A stretch of 44,148 nt of DNA from Candidatus Thorarchaeota archaeon (GCA_048884925.1 JBHLQK010000002.1:1-44148), one strand, 5' to 3'; positions 19,981 to 30,257 are shown, numbered from the stretch's first letter. The notes: generated by a model from the letters alone, not told the origin. Program-made: numbers and translations.

Positions 19981-20469
19981 TCAAGCAATAGGTTCAGGTG
20001 AATCTCTTCTCTTGAACAGGGCCACCAACTCTTCTATGCATCGCCAATTTCCCATAGCCTTCCTGATTTCGCGACGGTACCTCTTGAGCACTTTCACGCG
20101 TCTTGGTTCTAGTCCTTTCTCAATATACCTGCAAATCTCAATTCCCTTTTGGTCAAAGTCAGTAAGGATTAGAACTTGGCCATTTCTGCCAGCCTGCGAT
20201 GCGATGTCATCCAGAAGTTCTGGTCTTGGCAAGCCTTGCTGAGTCTTGATTATTTGAGCAGCGAGTCCAAGCTTTCTTAGGATTTGTTCATCCCGTTTTC
20301 CTTCAACTATCACCAGAACATCATCCAAGCCGTCCACTTTCTGAATGAGATTGATCAGGGTTGTCTCATTGTCTCGAAGTCTTCGAGTGCTCTCTCTTGC
20401 TTGGGATCTTGTCCTGAATATCTCCACTTTATCTCTGAGCGTTCGATTGTTATCTCTGCTCAATGTCAA
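19981..20469 (-). CDS. small Toprim-domain protein (UPF0292-like)
   Basis: Toprim Glu (VIVEGKRDEQILRKLGL) and DxD (ILTDFDQKG). There is no in-frame ATG near the 5' end, so the start is TTG 20469 or the GTG 13 codons downstream. Confidence 0.7.
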   Translation of the reverse strand: MTLSRDNNRTLRDKVEIFRTRSQARESTRRLRDNETTLINLIQKVDGLDDVLVIVEGKRDEQILRKLGLAAQIIKTQQGLPRPELLDDIASQAGRNGQVLILTDFDQKGIEICRYIEKGLEPRRVKVLKRYRREIRKAMGNWRCIEELVALFKRRDSPEPIA

Positions 20470-20481
20470 GCCTCACAGAGT

Positions 20482-21513
20482 TCAGGGCTCAATGGCTACT
20501 TTCATACTCTCGCCTCTGCTCATCATCAGTATCGCATCAGTCAGCCTCTCAAGGGGCATGGTGTGAGTGATCAATATGTCCGGGTCAATATCTCCAGATA
20601 TTATGAGCTTTAGAGCCTGTTCTACGTGTCTGGGTGTGAGATGAAAGACACCCTTGATTGTGAGCTGTCCATAGTGGAAACGTACTGTGTCAATCTCTAA
20701 CGTAGTTCCAGAAGCGGCACCACCAAACAACACGGTCATTCCTGCATCTCGAGTCATGTCTACTGCCTGTTCCCAAGTTGCTGGGAGTCCAACAGCCTCG
20801 ATGACAACATCTGCGCCGTATCCTCCAGTCTCGGCCCTCACACTTTCGACTGCATCCTCCTTGGCTGGATCGATAACAATATCTGCGCCAGCCCTTGCCG
20901 CCATATTGCGACGTAACTCAGCTAGGTCAGAAACGATGACATTTGATGCTCCACTCTTCTTCGCTAACATAATCATCATTTGGCCAATAGGACCCGCCCC
21001 TATGATGGCTACTGTATCTCCAAGTTGGATGTTTGCTTCCTCTATCCCATGAACAACACAAGCCAGGGGCTCAGTCAAGGCCGCATCGCGAAATGGGAGA
21101 GAGTCTGGAATGCGATGAGTGTTCCATTTGACCACATGTTTGGGAACTTTAACGTACTCTGCAAAAGCCCCGTTAACAAATGACTCCTTGAGTTCAGGAC
21201 ATAAATTGAAGCTGCCTCTTTTGCAGAAGAAGCATGTGCCACATGGAGCGGAGTTGGTGGCGACAACACGGTCTCCCACATTGAATCTATCCACTCCTTC
21301 TCCAACAATTTCGACGGTGCCTGCATATTCATGTCCAAACAAAGCAGGGGTATGCTTCAGAAGGATAGGATGGCCTCGTTTGTAGGTCTTGACATCTGTT
21401 CCGCAGGTGAGTGCATTGCCGACCTTTACTAAAATCTCACCAGGACCAATCTCTGGGACATCAGTCTGTTCATACCTGACATCACCCACTCCATGAAACA
21501 TTGCAGCGTTCAT
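20482..21513 (-). CDS. zinc-dependent alcohol/polyol/threonine dehydrogenase (MDR family)
   Basis: CGTD, GHEYAGTVEIVGEGV, structural-Zn CGTCFFCKRGSFNLC, Rossmann GAGPIGQ. Likely start MNAAMFHG at 21513. Confidence 0.85.
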   Translation of the reverse strand: MNAAMFHGVGDVRYEQTDVPEIGPGEILVKVGNALTCGTDVKTYKRGHPILLKHTPALFGHEYAGTVEIVGEGVDRFNVGDRVVATNSAPCGTCFFCKRGSFNLCPELKESFVNGAFAEYVKVPKHVVKWNTHRIPDSLPFRDAALTEPLACVVHGIEEANIQLGDTVAIIGAGPIGQMMIMLAKKSGASNVIVSDLAELRRNMAARAGADIVIDPAKEDAVESVRAETGGYGADVVIEAVGLPATWEQAVDMTRDAGMTVLFGGAASGTTLEIDTVRFHYGQLTIKGVFHLTPRHVEQALKLIISGDIDPDILITHTMPLERLTDAILMMSRGESMKVAIEP

Positions 21514-21645
21514 AAGACGGCTCATGAGTTCAGACTCCACGGCGTCAATGGATGGCCCGTTTAAATGACTTACTGACTGGCAATTATGAACCTGACCGGA
21601 ATGCTTAATCAGAATACAAGACCGAAACCCTCTGAGGTGCTTCTT

Positions 21646-22098
21646 ATGAAGGTGCGGCCAAGATACCCTGAAACTCTGGATTACACTGCTCGGAGCTCTT
21701 GGGATGGACTGACAGGCTGTACAGCCTATGTGACAGCAAATCGCAAGGTTGTCATTGATACTCCTCCAACATATGGAGGCCGAGGAGAGGGGATTTGTCC
21801 TGATGAGCTCTTTGTGTCATCGGTCTTGGGTTGCCTAAACAATACTTTCCTTGATTTTCAACGTCGGTTTGAGATGGAGCTTGTTTCCCTGGATTTGACT
21901 GGTAAGGCCACAGCAAAATTCGATGGATCGGGCTACAAAATAGTTGGCATATCTGTCTGGGGAGAGATAATCGTGGGCAAGGATGAGTTGAAAACTGGCG
22001 AGAGATGCCTTCACCTCATGAAAGAATTCTGCCATCTGACTCGAACGATAAGTGGAAGTATTCCGATTGATTATGATATCTCTGTCCGTGAGGGATGA
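21646..22098 (+). CDS. OsmC/Ohr-family protein
   Basis: GICPDELFVSSVLGCLNNTF and a second Cys block (EFCHLTRTI) fit OsmC. Start is ATG 21646 or 21586. Confidence 0.65.
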   Translation: MKVRPRYPETLDYTARSSWDGLTGCTAYVTANRKVVIDTPPTYGGRGEGICPDELFVSSVLGCLNNTFLDFQRRFEMELVSLDLTGKATAKFDGSGYKIVGISVWGEIIVGKDELKTGERCLHLMKEFCHLTRTISGSIPIDYDISVREG

Positions 22099-22107
22099 TA
22101 GAACAGG

Positions 22108-22587
22108 CTAGCTCATGAGCCGCCTAATCCTATCCATGTATTCATTAATATTCTCCCATTGTCCGCCTTGGAAGTATACGCTCTGGCAATCATTACAATA
22201 CCAGAATCTATCGTAGTGGTTGTATGTCTGCTCATGAACAAGTTCCTTTATTCTTGCTTTCTGGTCCTTGCCTATCTCCTCAAGAGTACCATTGCACTTT
22301 GAGCACCGCGAATAGCTGGGATTGACATGGGGTACGATATTGAATTCACTGAATACTCGAGCTACACGATCATCGACATTTCCTCTGAGTAGAAGTGCTT
22401 TGATCTCTCTCTGCTTGGCACGTTCATGCAATCTTGCGTCAGAAGTCAGTAGGATACGATCCTCTCTCTTAGCGATGTCCAGCAGAATGTCATCGTGGAT
22501 ATCTGTGGAATAGATGGTGTCGTGACCTGTCAACCTGAGCCACAATGCAAGTTTGCCAAGCATTGCATCAACTATGAACTGGATCAT
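22108..22587 (-). CDS. Mut7-C (DUF82) PIN-like RNase domain protein with zinc ribbon
   Basis: FIVDAMLGKLALWLRLTGHDT, LLTSD, and Zn ribbon CSKCNG...CNDCQ. ATG overlaps the upstream stop (ATGA). Confidence 0.8.
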   Translation of the reverse strand: MIQFIVDAMLGKLALWLRLTGHDTIYSTDIHDDILLDIAKREDRILLTSDARLHERAKQREIKALLLRGNVDDRVARVFSEFNIVPHVNPSYSRCSKCNGTLEEIGKDQKARIKELVHEQTYNHYDRFWYCNDCQSVYFQGGQWENINEYMDRIRRLMS

Positions 22588-23513
22588 GGTTTTTCACCGA
22601 AGAAGAGACGTGCGGCGTTTTTCCACATCACACATTCAATCTCATCCTGAGATACTTGAGGATGTCCTTTCTCCAGTATTGAGTTGGGTATCTGAAGTTT
22701 GGTGAAGAAATCCTTCCATCTCTTCAGTGGCATAGTCTGCTCGAAGAGTGGAAAATCACTACCCCAGAGCATTCGATTTGGAAATACTCGGAATATTCTT
22801 GCATCTGCTATCATACTGTAGATTCTGTCCGTGTTCTTAGCTGCAAAAATCTGCCAGCCTGAAACGTCCACAAACACATTAGGGTTCTTTGATGCGATTG
22901 TCAAAGCTTCGTCAACCCAAGGAACTCCCACATGTGCTAGGACTATCTTCAGCTTGGGGAAGTCCACGGCCACGCTGTCAACATGAACCGGCCGTCCATA
23001 CTTAATGTGCTTGAATCTCGAAGTGAAACCTTGATGAATTACCACTGGAACATTGAGCTCAGTACACAGCTCATAGTATGGGTAGAACTCCTCACTATCA
23101 GGATAGAACCCATTGGGAGGATACATCTTCCATCCGCCACACTTTTTCTCCTTGACAGCACGTTCCAACTCATCTAATCCTTCATTCCCTCTTCGAGGAT
23201 CTATTCCTACAAATGTGAGGAGGTTAGGATTGGCCTTCACTTCATCTGCATGCCAATCTGTCTTCTCTTTCAGGCTCAATGGCATATCTTGGTTGAGACC
23301 GCTGTCGATTGGCAGGATTACTGCTTTCTCAATGCCAGCATCACTCATGGTTGCTTCCAAGGCGTCAATAGGGGAGTCCAGTTGAGGTTCTGTACCATCC
23401 CGTTCGGCAGCAATACGCCGAGCCTCTAGGTCCTTCTCACTGATTATGTCCCTCGTCCATGTGTGCACATGAGCATCGATAACTCTCAAGGGGTCAACAC
23501 TCGGCTCATACAT
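22584..23513 (-). CDS. amidohydrolase-2 (TIM-barrel metal-dependent hydrolase) family protein
   Basis: IDAHVHTW at the N-terminus, LAHVGVPW, and the C-terminal MLWGSDFP signature. Confidence 0.8.
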   Translation of the reverse strand: MYEPSVDPLRVIDAHVHTWTRDIISEKDLEARRIAAERDGTEPQLDSPIDALEATMSDAGIEKAVILPIDSGLNQDMPLSLKEKTDWHADEVKANPNLLTFVGIDPRRGNEGLDELERAVKEKKCGGWKMYPPNGFYPDSEEFYPYYELCTELNVPVVIHQGFTSRFKHIKYGRPVHVDSVAVDFPKLKIVLAHVGVPWVDEALTIASKNPNVFVDVSGWQIFAAKNTDRIYSMIADARIFRVFPNRMLWGSDFPLFEQTMPLKRWKDFFTKLQIPNSILEKGHPQVSQDEIECVMWKNAARLFFGEKP

Positions 23514-23527
23514 GATGCTGCAGCAGA

Positions 23528-24385
23528 TTAGGCTTCCGTATTCGATTCATATGCTGCTGCTCTTAGAACCTCAATTGTTTCGACAGGCACAGTGGTGCTG
23601 CCAAGTCCGCCCATCCAGAAGTTACCATGATAATCGCTACCACCCGTTTCTATAAGACCGAGTTCTCGTGTGATTCTCATTAACTCATCCAAGCTGGTTT
23701 CAAATCCAACCGGCCTGTAGTCATATTCTACCTCAACACCGCGAACTCCTGCATTGGCTAGGTCTTGCAGAAACTCCCTCAAATCTGCCACTTTAACCGT
23801 TAAGGGATGTGCAACGACCGGCACCGCTCCCACTGATTTGAGAAGATCAATCGCCTTGAAAGCATGCATTCTCTTTTTCTCTACAAACGCAGGTTTTCCT
23901 TCGCCGAGATACAGTTCAAATGCCTCTTCCGTATTCTTGACGATTCCTTTCCTTACAAGTAGTGAGGCAAGATGCGGTCGCCCTGGACTCTCTACACCCG
24001 TTAGGATTTCATCTAGCTCTCCTTGCTGCAGCTCAATTCCCAGATCGTGGAGCCTCTCAACCATCTTGGAGAATTTGCCTTGGCGTCTATTTCTGAGGTC
24101 CTGAAGTCTGCTATCAAGTATCGTGGACTCGGGGGGAACGAAATAACCTAGTATATGGACCTCTTGGCTCTCATAGTCTGCACTGAGTTCCAGACCCGGC
24201 ACCCTCAGCAAGTCTGATGTTGCCTTTGCTTCCATGAACTCTCTCAGACCCGCAATCGTATCGTGGTCAGTCAGGGCAATGCCACCAAGCCTCAACTCAT
24301 CCGCTAACCTGACTAATTGAGTTGGTGAATCATTTCCATCAGAGAGGACCGAATGTGTATGAAGATCAGCACGGGCTCTCGCCAT
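23528..24385 (-). CDS. PHP-domain phosphoesterase (TrpH/YciV, RNase AM / pAp-phosphatase-like)
   Basis: ADLHTHSVLSDG...IALTDHDTIAG...VAHP...GGSDYHG. Length and motif order match the COG0613 family. Confidence 0.85.
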   Translation of the reverse strand: MARARADLHTHSVLSDGNDSPTQLVRLADELRLGGIALTDHDTIAGLREFMEAKATSDLLRVPGLELSADYESQEVHILGYFVPPESTILDSRLQDLRNRRQGKFSKMVERLHDLGIELQQGELDEILTGVESPGRPHLASLLVRKGIVKNTEEAFELYLGEGKPAFVEKKRMHAFKAIDLLKSVGAVPVVAHPLTVKVADLREFLQDLANAGVRGVEVEYDYRPVGFETSLDELMRITRELGLIETGGSDYHGNFWMGGLGSTTVPVETIEVLRAAAYESNTEA

Positions 24386-24773
24386 GAGCGGCCTCCCTCC
24401 TTAATTCTTCCACGAGTCTTCTCACCTTATGACAGACGTTTCTTATCTCTGTCCTTGTCAAGCTCGGTGAGGCTGGGCAAACATCATCGCCGAGGCATTT
24501 GCGTTTGGTGTAGTGATAGACAACTGGGTACCATCGGCAGCCTTCTGGCCTAGCTTCATAGATCTTACATTCCTTCGAAGCTGGATCATAGAAGTAGCAA
24601 TGGCCATCGACATTCTTCAGTTCACTGAAGCTACCAGTGACTCGATGGGAATAATCACTGGTTGAGTAGCCAAGAGCATTAATCCTCTTGGCATCCTTTC
24701 TTGTGATGGTCATCTCCGTTTCTTGACAGCATAACCTCACTTCAGGACAAAATCGCTTGCAGTCAATAGCCAT
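24366..24773 (-). CDS. YkgJ-like Cys-cluster (zinc/iron-chelating) protein
   Basis: MAIDCKRFCPEVRLCCQE plus downstream Cys residues (CYFYD, CKIYEARPEGCRWYP). ATG at 24773; the track start 24854 is TTG. The 3' end overlaps the PHP gene start by 20 nt. Confidence 0.55.
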   Translation of the reverse strand: MAIDCKRFCPEVRLCCQETEMTITRKDAKRINALGYSTSDYSHRVTGSFSELKNVDGHCYFYDPASKECKIYEARPEGCRWYPVVYHYTKRKCLGDDVCPASPSLTRTEIRNVCHKVRRLVEELRREAAHGESPC

Positions 24774-24964
24774 CAAGATTCCTGGTCTCCGATTGAGGTT
24801 TGTCAGGGGGTATGCGGCATCATTCCAATTGTGACTAATGAAGCCGTTATTCAATGCACATTATAGAGTGGTCAGACTGCGGTTTAATGGGTCATCACGT
24901 TGATGAGACGCTCACCATCCCTACTTCATCATCATTCCACGATTATAGCCATCAGTGAATTTGC

Positions 24965-25588
24965 TTAAGACTTTCGGAGCAACACTCCTCTCTCACCTTT
25001 TTCGATGAGCCTGATGATTACTGCCATTTCTAAGATGATTAAGGAGAGTAATATTGCATCGCTGTTGAACTCATGCTCTACGTTGTAGAAATCATCAAGA
25101 TTCTCGAATGTGAGTTCAATCTGGCGAGTTTCAGAAACGAAATAGGACCCTCCTGACGAGTTCCACTCATAATAATATGTGCCGAGAAAAATACCAAACG
25201 CCATTGAGTAATACACATCTGTGCCATTTAGAAGCTCCACATTCCAGCATTCAAATCCATATCTCTCAGAGTCGCCCATGACTGTCACAATCTGGTCGCC
25301 TACCCGGACGGAATCACCAACACTCCAAGAACTAACATTGACCCAAACCGGATATTCTCTCACCTCCTGATCCCTCAGGGCAAGACTTAGATTGTCCAGA
25401 TCTACCGCCGCTGAGATCTCGTAGGTTGCATAGGTGCTTTCTACCTCACTGACTACAGAATCCCAACTCCCCTGTCGAGTGTAGTGCCTGTATCGATAAT
25501 TGAGTTGGAGATCTATTACATCTGTCTGAATTGGGACGACTGTGATTAATGGGATGACAAACGCAATAATAAGTAGGCCTGGCACCAC
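24965..25588 (-). CDS. N-terminally anchored extracytoplasmic protein, unknown function
   Basis: GTG start. N-terminal TM (VPGLLIIAFVIPLITVVPI) and a C-terminal hydrophobic segment (AILLSLIILEMAVIIRLI). Four N-x-S/T sequons. Confidence 0.5.
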   Translation of the reverse strand: MVPGLLIIAFVIPLITVVPIQTDVIDLQLNYRYRHYTRQGSWDSVVSEVESTYATYEISAAVDLDNLSLALRDQEVREYPVWVNVSSWSVGDSVRVGDQIVTVMGDSERYGFECWNVELLNGTDVYYSMAFGIFLGTYYYEWNSSGGSYFVSETRQIELTFENLDDFYNVEHEFNSDAILLSLIILEMAVIIRLIEKGERGVLLRKS

Positions 25589-25672
25589 AATATCCCGTTC
25601 TGTGACCGAAATCTCTAATCCCCAAATGTATCTGGAAGCGAAATCGTATAATGCTATCGAAACTACAATTCT

Positions 25673-25915
25673 CTACGCATGTCCCCGAGTGATCCGTCGG
25701 ACCCGGGCAACGCTATCTGAAAGGTCACTTGTGTCAGATTTGCCTGTGACTTCATTCATAGAGACCTGTGTGAGTGTCTTACCAGTCAGTCTTAGGTAGG
25801 TCTGGGCTCTGACTTGGTGGATGTAGGCAGCAAGAGTGTCAGGATGGCCTACTGCACCCAAGAATAGATTGCGCTGCCTGTTAAATGCGCCCAGAATACG
25901 TTCTATTATTTTCAT
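25673..25915 (-). CDS. hypothetical small protein (weakly supported)
   Basis: 80-aa ORF with an ATG start, divergent from ABCE1. No motif recognised. It competes with an overlapping + strand ORF (25542..25799). Confidence 0.3.
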   Translation of the reverse strand: MKIIERILGAFNRQRNLFLGAVGHPDTLAAYIHQVRAQTYLRLTGKTLTQVSMNEVTGKSDTSDLSDSVARVRRITRGHA

Positions 25916-26048
25916 CTCTATGTTTCTGGTTACGCCAATGGTTCTAAAGGTTTTTCATCTGTCTATTGGCTTACCCCGACCGGAGCCAAAGCGCTAAATA
26001 CTATACACGAAATCCCATCTTTATTCCTCCTGAAGGTGAAGGACGAAA

Positions 26049-27857
26049 ATGCGCATTGCAGTCATAGATCATTCCCGCTGTAGGCCAAAGGACTGTACAC
26101 ACGAGTGTCAGAGATTCTGCCCCATGGTTAGAACGGGCACCGAAACAGTCGTGTTTTTCGATGGCCCGGACAAGCCCCCGACCATAGTGGAGTCTCTCTG
26201 CTCGGGTGCGGCAATGTGTGTGAAGAAGTGTCCCTACCATGTAATCAACATTGTCAACCTTCCAGAGGAACTCGATACCGACGGTAGCCACCGCTACGGT
26301 GTGAACGGATTTCAGCTTTTCCGAATGCCCACACCGAAACAAGGACAGGTCTTGGGACTGATTGGTCCAAATGGTGTTGGGAAGACTACCGCTGTGCGAA
26401 TACTTGCTGGCGAACTAAAGCCCAATCTTGGGGAAGTGGAGGAACCGCCCGAGTGGGACGAGATCATCAGAAGATACCGCGGATCAGAACTTCAACCGTT
26501 CTTTGAGCGAATACAGGAAGGCACGATAGTCCCAGTCCACAAGCCTCAGACTATCACCGACCTGCCCAAGATCAAAGCAGTCGCTGACAAACCAATCAGC
26601 GAACTCCTTGAAGCAGCTGACACCTCAGGCAGACTCGACAACCTGAAGGAAGACATGAGTCTGACTGAGATATGGGACCGTCCAATCAATGTTCTCTCTG
26701 GTGGAGAGTTGCAGCGTGTAGCGGTGACAGCAGCCATTGTTCGCGAGGGCGACATCTACTTTTTTGATGAACCAACTGCGTACCTTGACGTTCGCGAGAG
26801 GTTGAGAGTGGCCCGCGCAATCAGAGCATTGTCAGACTCTGGCAAGACAGTGGTGGTAGTTGAGCATGATCTTTCAATCCTTGATTATGTGTCTGACCTA
26901 GTATGCCTGTTCTATGGCAAACCTGGGGCTTACGGAATCGTGTCTCACCCACATGGTACACGTGTTGGGGTGAACATCTTTCTCGATGGCTATATTCCTG
27001 ATGAGAATATGCGCTTCCGAGACACATCTATATCGTTCAAGGGAATGACTGGCGAAGATGAGGAGTTCATTAGTTCGGAAACACTTGTAGAGTATGGCAA
27101 TCTAAAGAAGGAATTTGAGGGCTTCACACTCGAGGTGAAGGGCGGCAGGGTAACTAGAGGGCAAATAGTTGGAATCCTAGGGCCCAATGGAATAGGGAAG
27201 ACTACTTTCGTGAGAATGCTTGCTGGCGAGTTAGAACCCACTAAAGGTGAAGCTCCAAAGAAGACATTGAGTGGTTTTGACCTTAAGATAGCGTATAAGC
27301 CGCAGTACATCACAGCAGACTATCCCGGAAATGTTCGGATGTATCTTCGGGAGGCTGGAGGGTCCACAGTAGACAGCTCAGACTTCAAGACCTCTGTGCT
27401 ACGCAAGCTTGAGCTGGAAGACTTGATGGACCATGCTATTTCTGAGCTTTCTGGTGGTGAGCTTCAGCGAGCAACAATTGCTAGAACCTTGGCGAAGGAT
27501 GCTGACATCTATTTGTTTGATGAGCCATCTGCGTTCCTAGACATCGAACAGAGACTAGCAAGCTCTAGGGCTATCCGCCGAACAATCCAAACTCAAATGA
27601 AGACTGCATTTGTGGTTGAGCACTCAATTCTCATGGCTGACTACCTCAGTGATAGCATGGTTGTGTTTGGAGGAGAGCCAGGAAGGAAGGGTATAGCATC
27701 ATCCGTGACAACACTGCGGCGCGGAATGAATGCATTTCTAAAGCAGATGGGTGTGACATTTAGGAGAGATCCTCAGACTGGCCGACCAAGAGTTAACAAG
27801 GTTGGCAGCGTCAAAGATGAGGAGCAGAAGCGCGAAGGACGATATTACTACGAGTAG
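26049..27857 (+). CDS. abce1: ABCE1 / RNase L inhibitor, ribosome-recycling ATPase
   Basis: N-terminal Fe-S domain (MRIAVIDHSRCRPKDCTHECQRFCP...CSGAAMCVKKCP). Two NBDs (GPNGVGKTT / GPNGIGKTT; LSGGELQR twice; FDEP twice). GGTGA SD upstream. Confidence 0.95.
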   Translation: MRIAVIDHSRCRPKDCTHECQRFCPMVRTGTETVVFFDGPDKPPTIVESLCSGAAMCVKKCPYHVINIVNLPEELDTDGSHRYGVNGFQLFRMPTPKQGQVLGLIGPNGVGKTTAVRILAGELKPNLGEVEEPPEWDEIIRRYRGSELQPFFERIQEGTIVPVHKPQTITDLPKIKAVADKPISELLEAADTSGRLDNLKEDMSLTEIWDRPINVLSGGELQRVAVTAAIVREGDIYFFDEPTAYLDVRERLRVARAIRALSDSGKTVVVVEHDLSILDYVSDLVCLFYGKPGAYGIVSHPHGTRVGVNIFLDGYIPDENMRFRDTSISFKGMTGEDEEFISSETLVEYGNLKKEFEGFTLEVKGGRVTRGQIVGILGPNGIGKTTFVRMLAGELEPTKGEAPKKTLSGFDLKIAYKPQYITADYPGNVRMYLREAGGSTVDSSDFKTSVLRKLELEDLMDHAISELSGGELQRATIARTLAKDADIYLFDEPSAFLDIEQRLASSRAIRRTIQTQMKTAFVVEHSILMADYLSDSMVVFGGEPGRKGIASSVTTLRRGMNAFLKQMGVTFRRDPQTGRPRVNKVGSVKDEEQKREGRYYYE

Positions 27858-27866
27858 TTCTTCATG

Positions 27867-28511
27867 CTATACTTTTACGGCAATTGTGCAGCCCTCACCA
27901 ATAGGAACCAGTGTGCTAAAGACACCTGCACCGATGACATTCTGATTGAATTCATGAATCGCTTTAGTTGAGTCATTCCAATCACTCCTTTCTTTCATCA
28001 CTGGAAAGAGTGTATCATCTATCAGGAAGAGACCTCCTTTCTTCAGAACTCTCACGCAATCTTCTAGCATTACTGGATAGAGTCTTTTGGAAGAATCTTG
28101 AAAAACCACGTCGAAGGATTCTGATTCAATCTTCTTGATAATTTCCTTGGCATCTCCAATTCTTATGTCAATGATGTCATCGACATTGAAGTGCTTGAAC
28201 GCTCTCTTAGCTTCCGGAACTATGTCCTCATTCATCTCCAGCGTCGTGATTCTACCGCCATGCCCTTTTACTGCGAGCGCCATTGATGTGGTCGAGAAAC
28301 CAATACTCATCCCAATTTCAAGTACACTCTTGGGCTTAGTCAAGAATAACAGAAATTTGAAGAGTCGAGCAATGTCATCCTCAATCACCGGTTCAAATTC
28401 TGCAATCTCAAGAAACTCTACATATTCATCTACAGTGGGGCTATCTTTAGTGTCATATAGCTCAGCAATATATGACAGTGCATCCCCCAAATCAAAATAT
28501 ACTTCGGGCAT
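27867..28511 (-). CDS. class I SAM-dependent O-methyltransferase (family 3, caffeoyl-CoA OMT-like)
   Basis: VLEIGMSIGFST, GRITTLEMNE, FDVVFQDSSK, GGLFLIDDTLF. Confidence 0.8.
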   Translation of the reverse strand: MPEVYFDLGDALSYIAELYDTKDSPTVDEYVEFLEIAEFEPVIEDDIARLFKFLLFLTKPKSVLEIGMSIGFSTTSMALAVKGHGGRITTLEMNEDIVPEAKRAFKHFNVDDIIDIRIGDAKEIIKKIESESFDVVFQDSSKRLYPVMLEDCVRVLKKGGLFLIDDTLFPVMKERSDWNDSTKAIHEFNQNVIGAGVFSTLVPIGEGCTIAVKV

Positions 28512-28682
28512 ATGCAGCCAAGGAATTTCAATGCAATATGTCTGTCTATAGAGACAAAGGATTCTACCCTAAAAACAGCCTGCCATCGCCTTTTCTATCA
28601 TTCCGGGTTGCGAGTTGCCATATAGGTTAGATTTCTCAAAGGCTCCAAGAAAGGATGCTTCACGACTGGATAATGTGCATGA

Positions 28683-29156
28683 CTATTGGTCCCAAATACC
28701 CTCTGGTTTCTTCTTGGGAAAAGCGACCATCAAGGCAATTCCGAGAATCAATATAATCGGAATAGGAATCACGTAATTGTAGAGGGGGACTAGCCATCCA
28801 TCGAAGTTCATAAGATTCGGCAATGACACTAATAGAGGGATCAATTCCGAGAGAATGCCAACAAGAATGACCTGGAGCCTGGTAAGAGTACTATCAGCCG
28901 CATAGTAGTAAATCATCAGGAAGAGAAATATGAACCTAAATAGCCAGAATGGAGAGGATGACAAGACTTGTCCAACTGCTAGAAGTCGAAATCCAGTGAA
29001 ATAGAAAGATTCAACATACTCCCAAAAGAGGCCTGCGATAATTGTATCTGGAGACCCCAGCCCAATCGCCTCAGCGTATCCATATGGAAAGAGAATTGCT
29101 CCAACTAAGAATATAGTACAAATTATAACGTCGCGGCGTGAGAGCATCATATACAT
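28683..29156 (-). CDS. integral membrane protein (about 4 TM), unknown function
   Basis: Four hydrophobic helices and an ATG start. No family recognised. Confidence 0.55.
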   Translation of the reverse strand: MYMMLSRRDVIICTIFLVGAILFPYGYAEAIGLGSPDTIIAGLFWEYVESFYFTGFRLLAVGQVLSSSPFWLFRFIFLFLMIYYYAADSTLTRLQVILVGILSELIPLLVSLPNLMNFDGWLVPLYNYVIPIPIILILGIALMVAFPKKKPEGIWDQ

Positions 29157-29263
29157 CAGTCCACTTTTAATACTGAAATGGCCGACTAATCAAATACTGA
29201 TAAGAATTACAATCTAAGCACGATAGCACTCATTAACACTCGAATATGTTGCCAAGGTGCATA

Positions 29264-30097
29264 CTACCGTTTGTGACTACGTATCCAATAGTCCCGGCCT
29301 GCAATCGCCTTTTCTTCGTCCATCTCTGCGAGGATTTTCACAGCCTCGTTCCCACATGCAATTGCATCTTCTTCTCCTGCAACTGCAAATTTGTCTTGGA
29401 CCCTATTGGCATATACAGCACACACAGCGCCTGCCCTGAAGCCGAAGATGTTTGCGAGAGTAAAGATTGTGGCGGCCTCCATCTCAAAGTTCGCTACATT
29501 TGCTTTCTGGAGGTCTTCTATCAAGGTTTCACTAAAGCTCTGGGTATAACCATTGAAACCTGGCCTAGACTGTCCCAGATAGAATGAGTCTGTTGAAGCT
29601 GATATTCCTAGGTGATACTTCAAGCCCAGAGTGTCTGCGGCTTCTACGATCGCCATAACCACTTCGTACGATGCACTTGCGGGGAACTCGGGTCTTACAT
29701 ATTGCTTGCTTGTACCCTCAAGTCTAACAGCCCCTGTGGAGATGATCAAGTCCCCAATTTCAATATGCTCTTTGAGAGTCGCACAGGACCCTATGCGTAT
29801 GAAGTTCTTAACGCCCACATTTGCAAGTTCTTCTATTGCTATTGCCGTGCCAGGTCCGCCAATACCAGTTGAGCAAGCTGAGATTGGTGTGCCCTTGTAC
29901 ACTCCCGTGTGAGTCACGTACTGTCGGTGAGCTGCAACCTCTTGAAAAGAATCCCACCCCGAGCTGATCTTTGCTACTCGCTCAGGGTCTCCAGGGAGTA
30001 GAACGGTTTCTGCCACTTCACCTGGTTTCACTTCTATGTGGTATTGCTTGCGTTCAGCAGTTTCAGGTCTTTGGGCAGAAACAGCGTCTTTTGGCAT
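29264..30097 (-). CDS. udp: uridine phosphorylase (PNP/UDP family 1)
   Basis: Collinear with my recollection of E. coli Udp: LLPGDPERVAKIS, STGIGGPGTAIAIEEL, RIGSCATL, FEMEAATIFTLA. Confidence 0.8.
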   Translation of the reverse strand: MPKDAVSAQRPETAERKQYHIEVKPGEVAETVLLPGDPERVAKISSGWDSFQEVAAHRQYVTHTGVYKGTPISACSTGIGGPGTAIAIEELANVGVKNFIRIGSCATLKEHIEIGDLIISTGAVRLEGTSKQYVRPEFPASASYEVVMAIVEAADTLGLKYHLGISASTDSFYLGQSRPGFNGYTQSFSETLIEDLQKANVANFEMEAATIFTLANIFGFRAGAVCAVYANRVQDKFAVAGEEDAIACGNEAVKILAEMDEEKAIAGRDYWIRSHKR

Positions 30098-30257
30098 GAT
30101 TATCCCTCTTGTTTCATCATTACTAGGCTATTTGAGTTTCGGGCCCTCAAGCATGTCACTTGCACTACCAACAAACTATTATACGTCCATAGAATAATGA
30201 TGCGTTGTTCGGGACAGGGTCTCCGAAACACCTATTACAAATTCCAAAGGCCCCCCA

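Noticed and set aside
18924-20469. ABC ATPase plus adjacent Toprim protein as a PARIS/OLD-like defence pair
   Set aside because: The ATPase is a transporter-type NBD, translationally coupled to FtsX permeases. The Toprim gene is convergent (opposite strand) and matches the small housekeeping UPF0292-type family.
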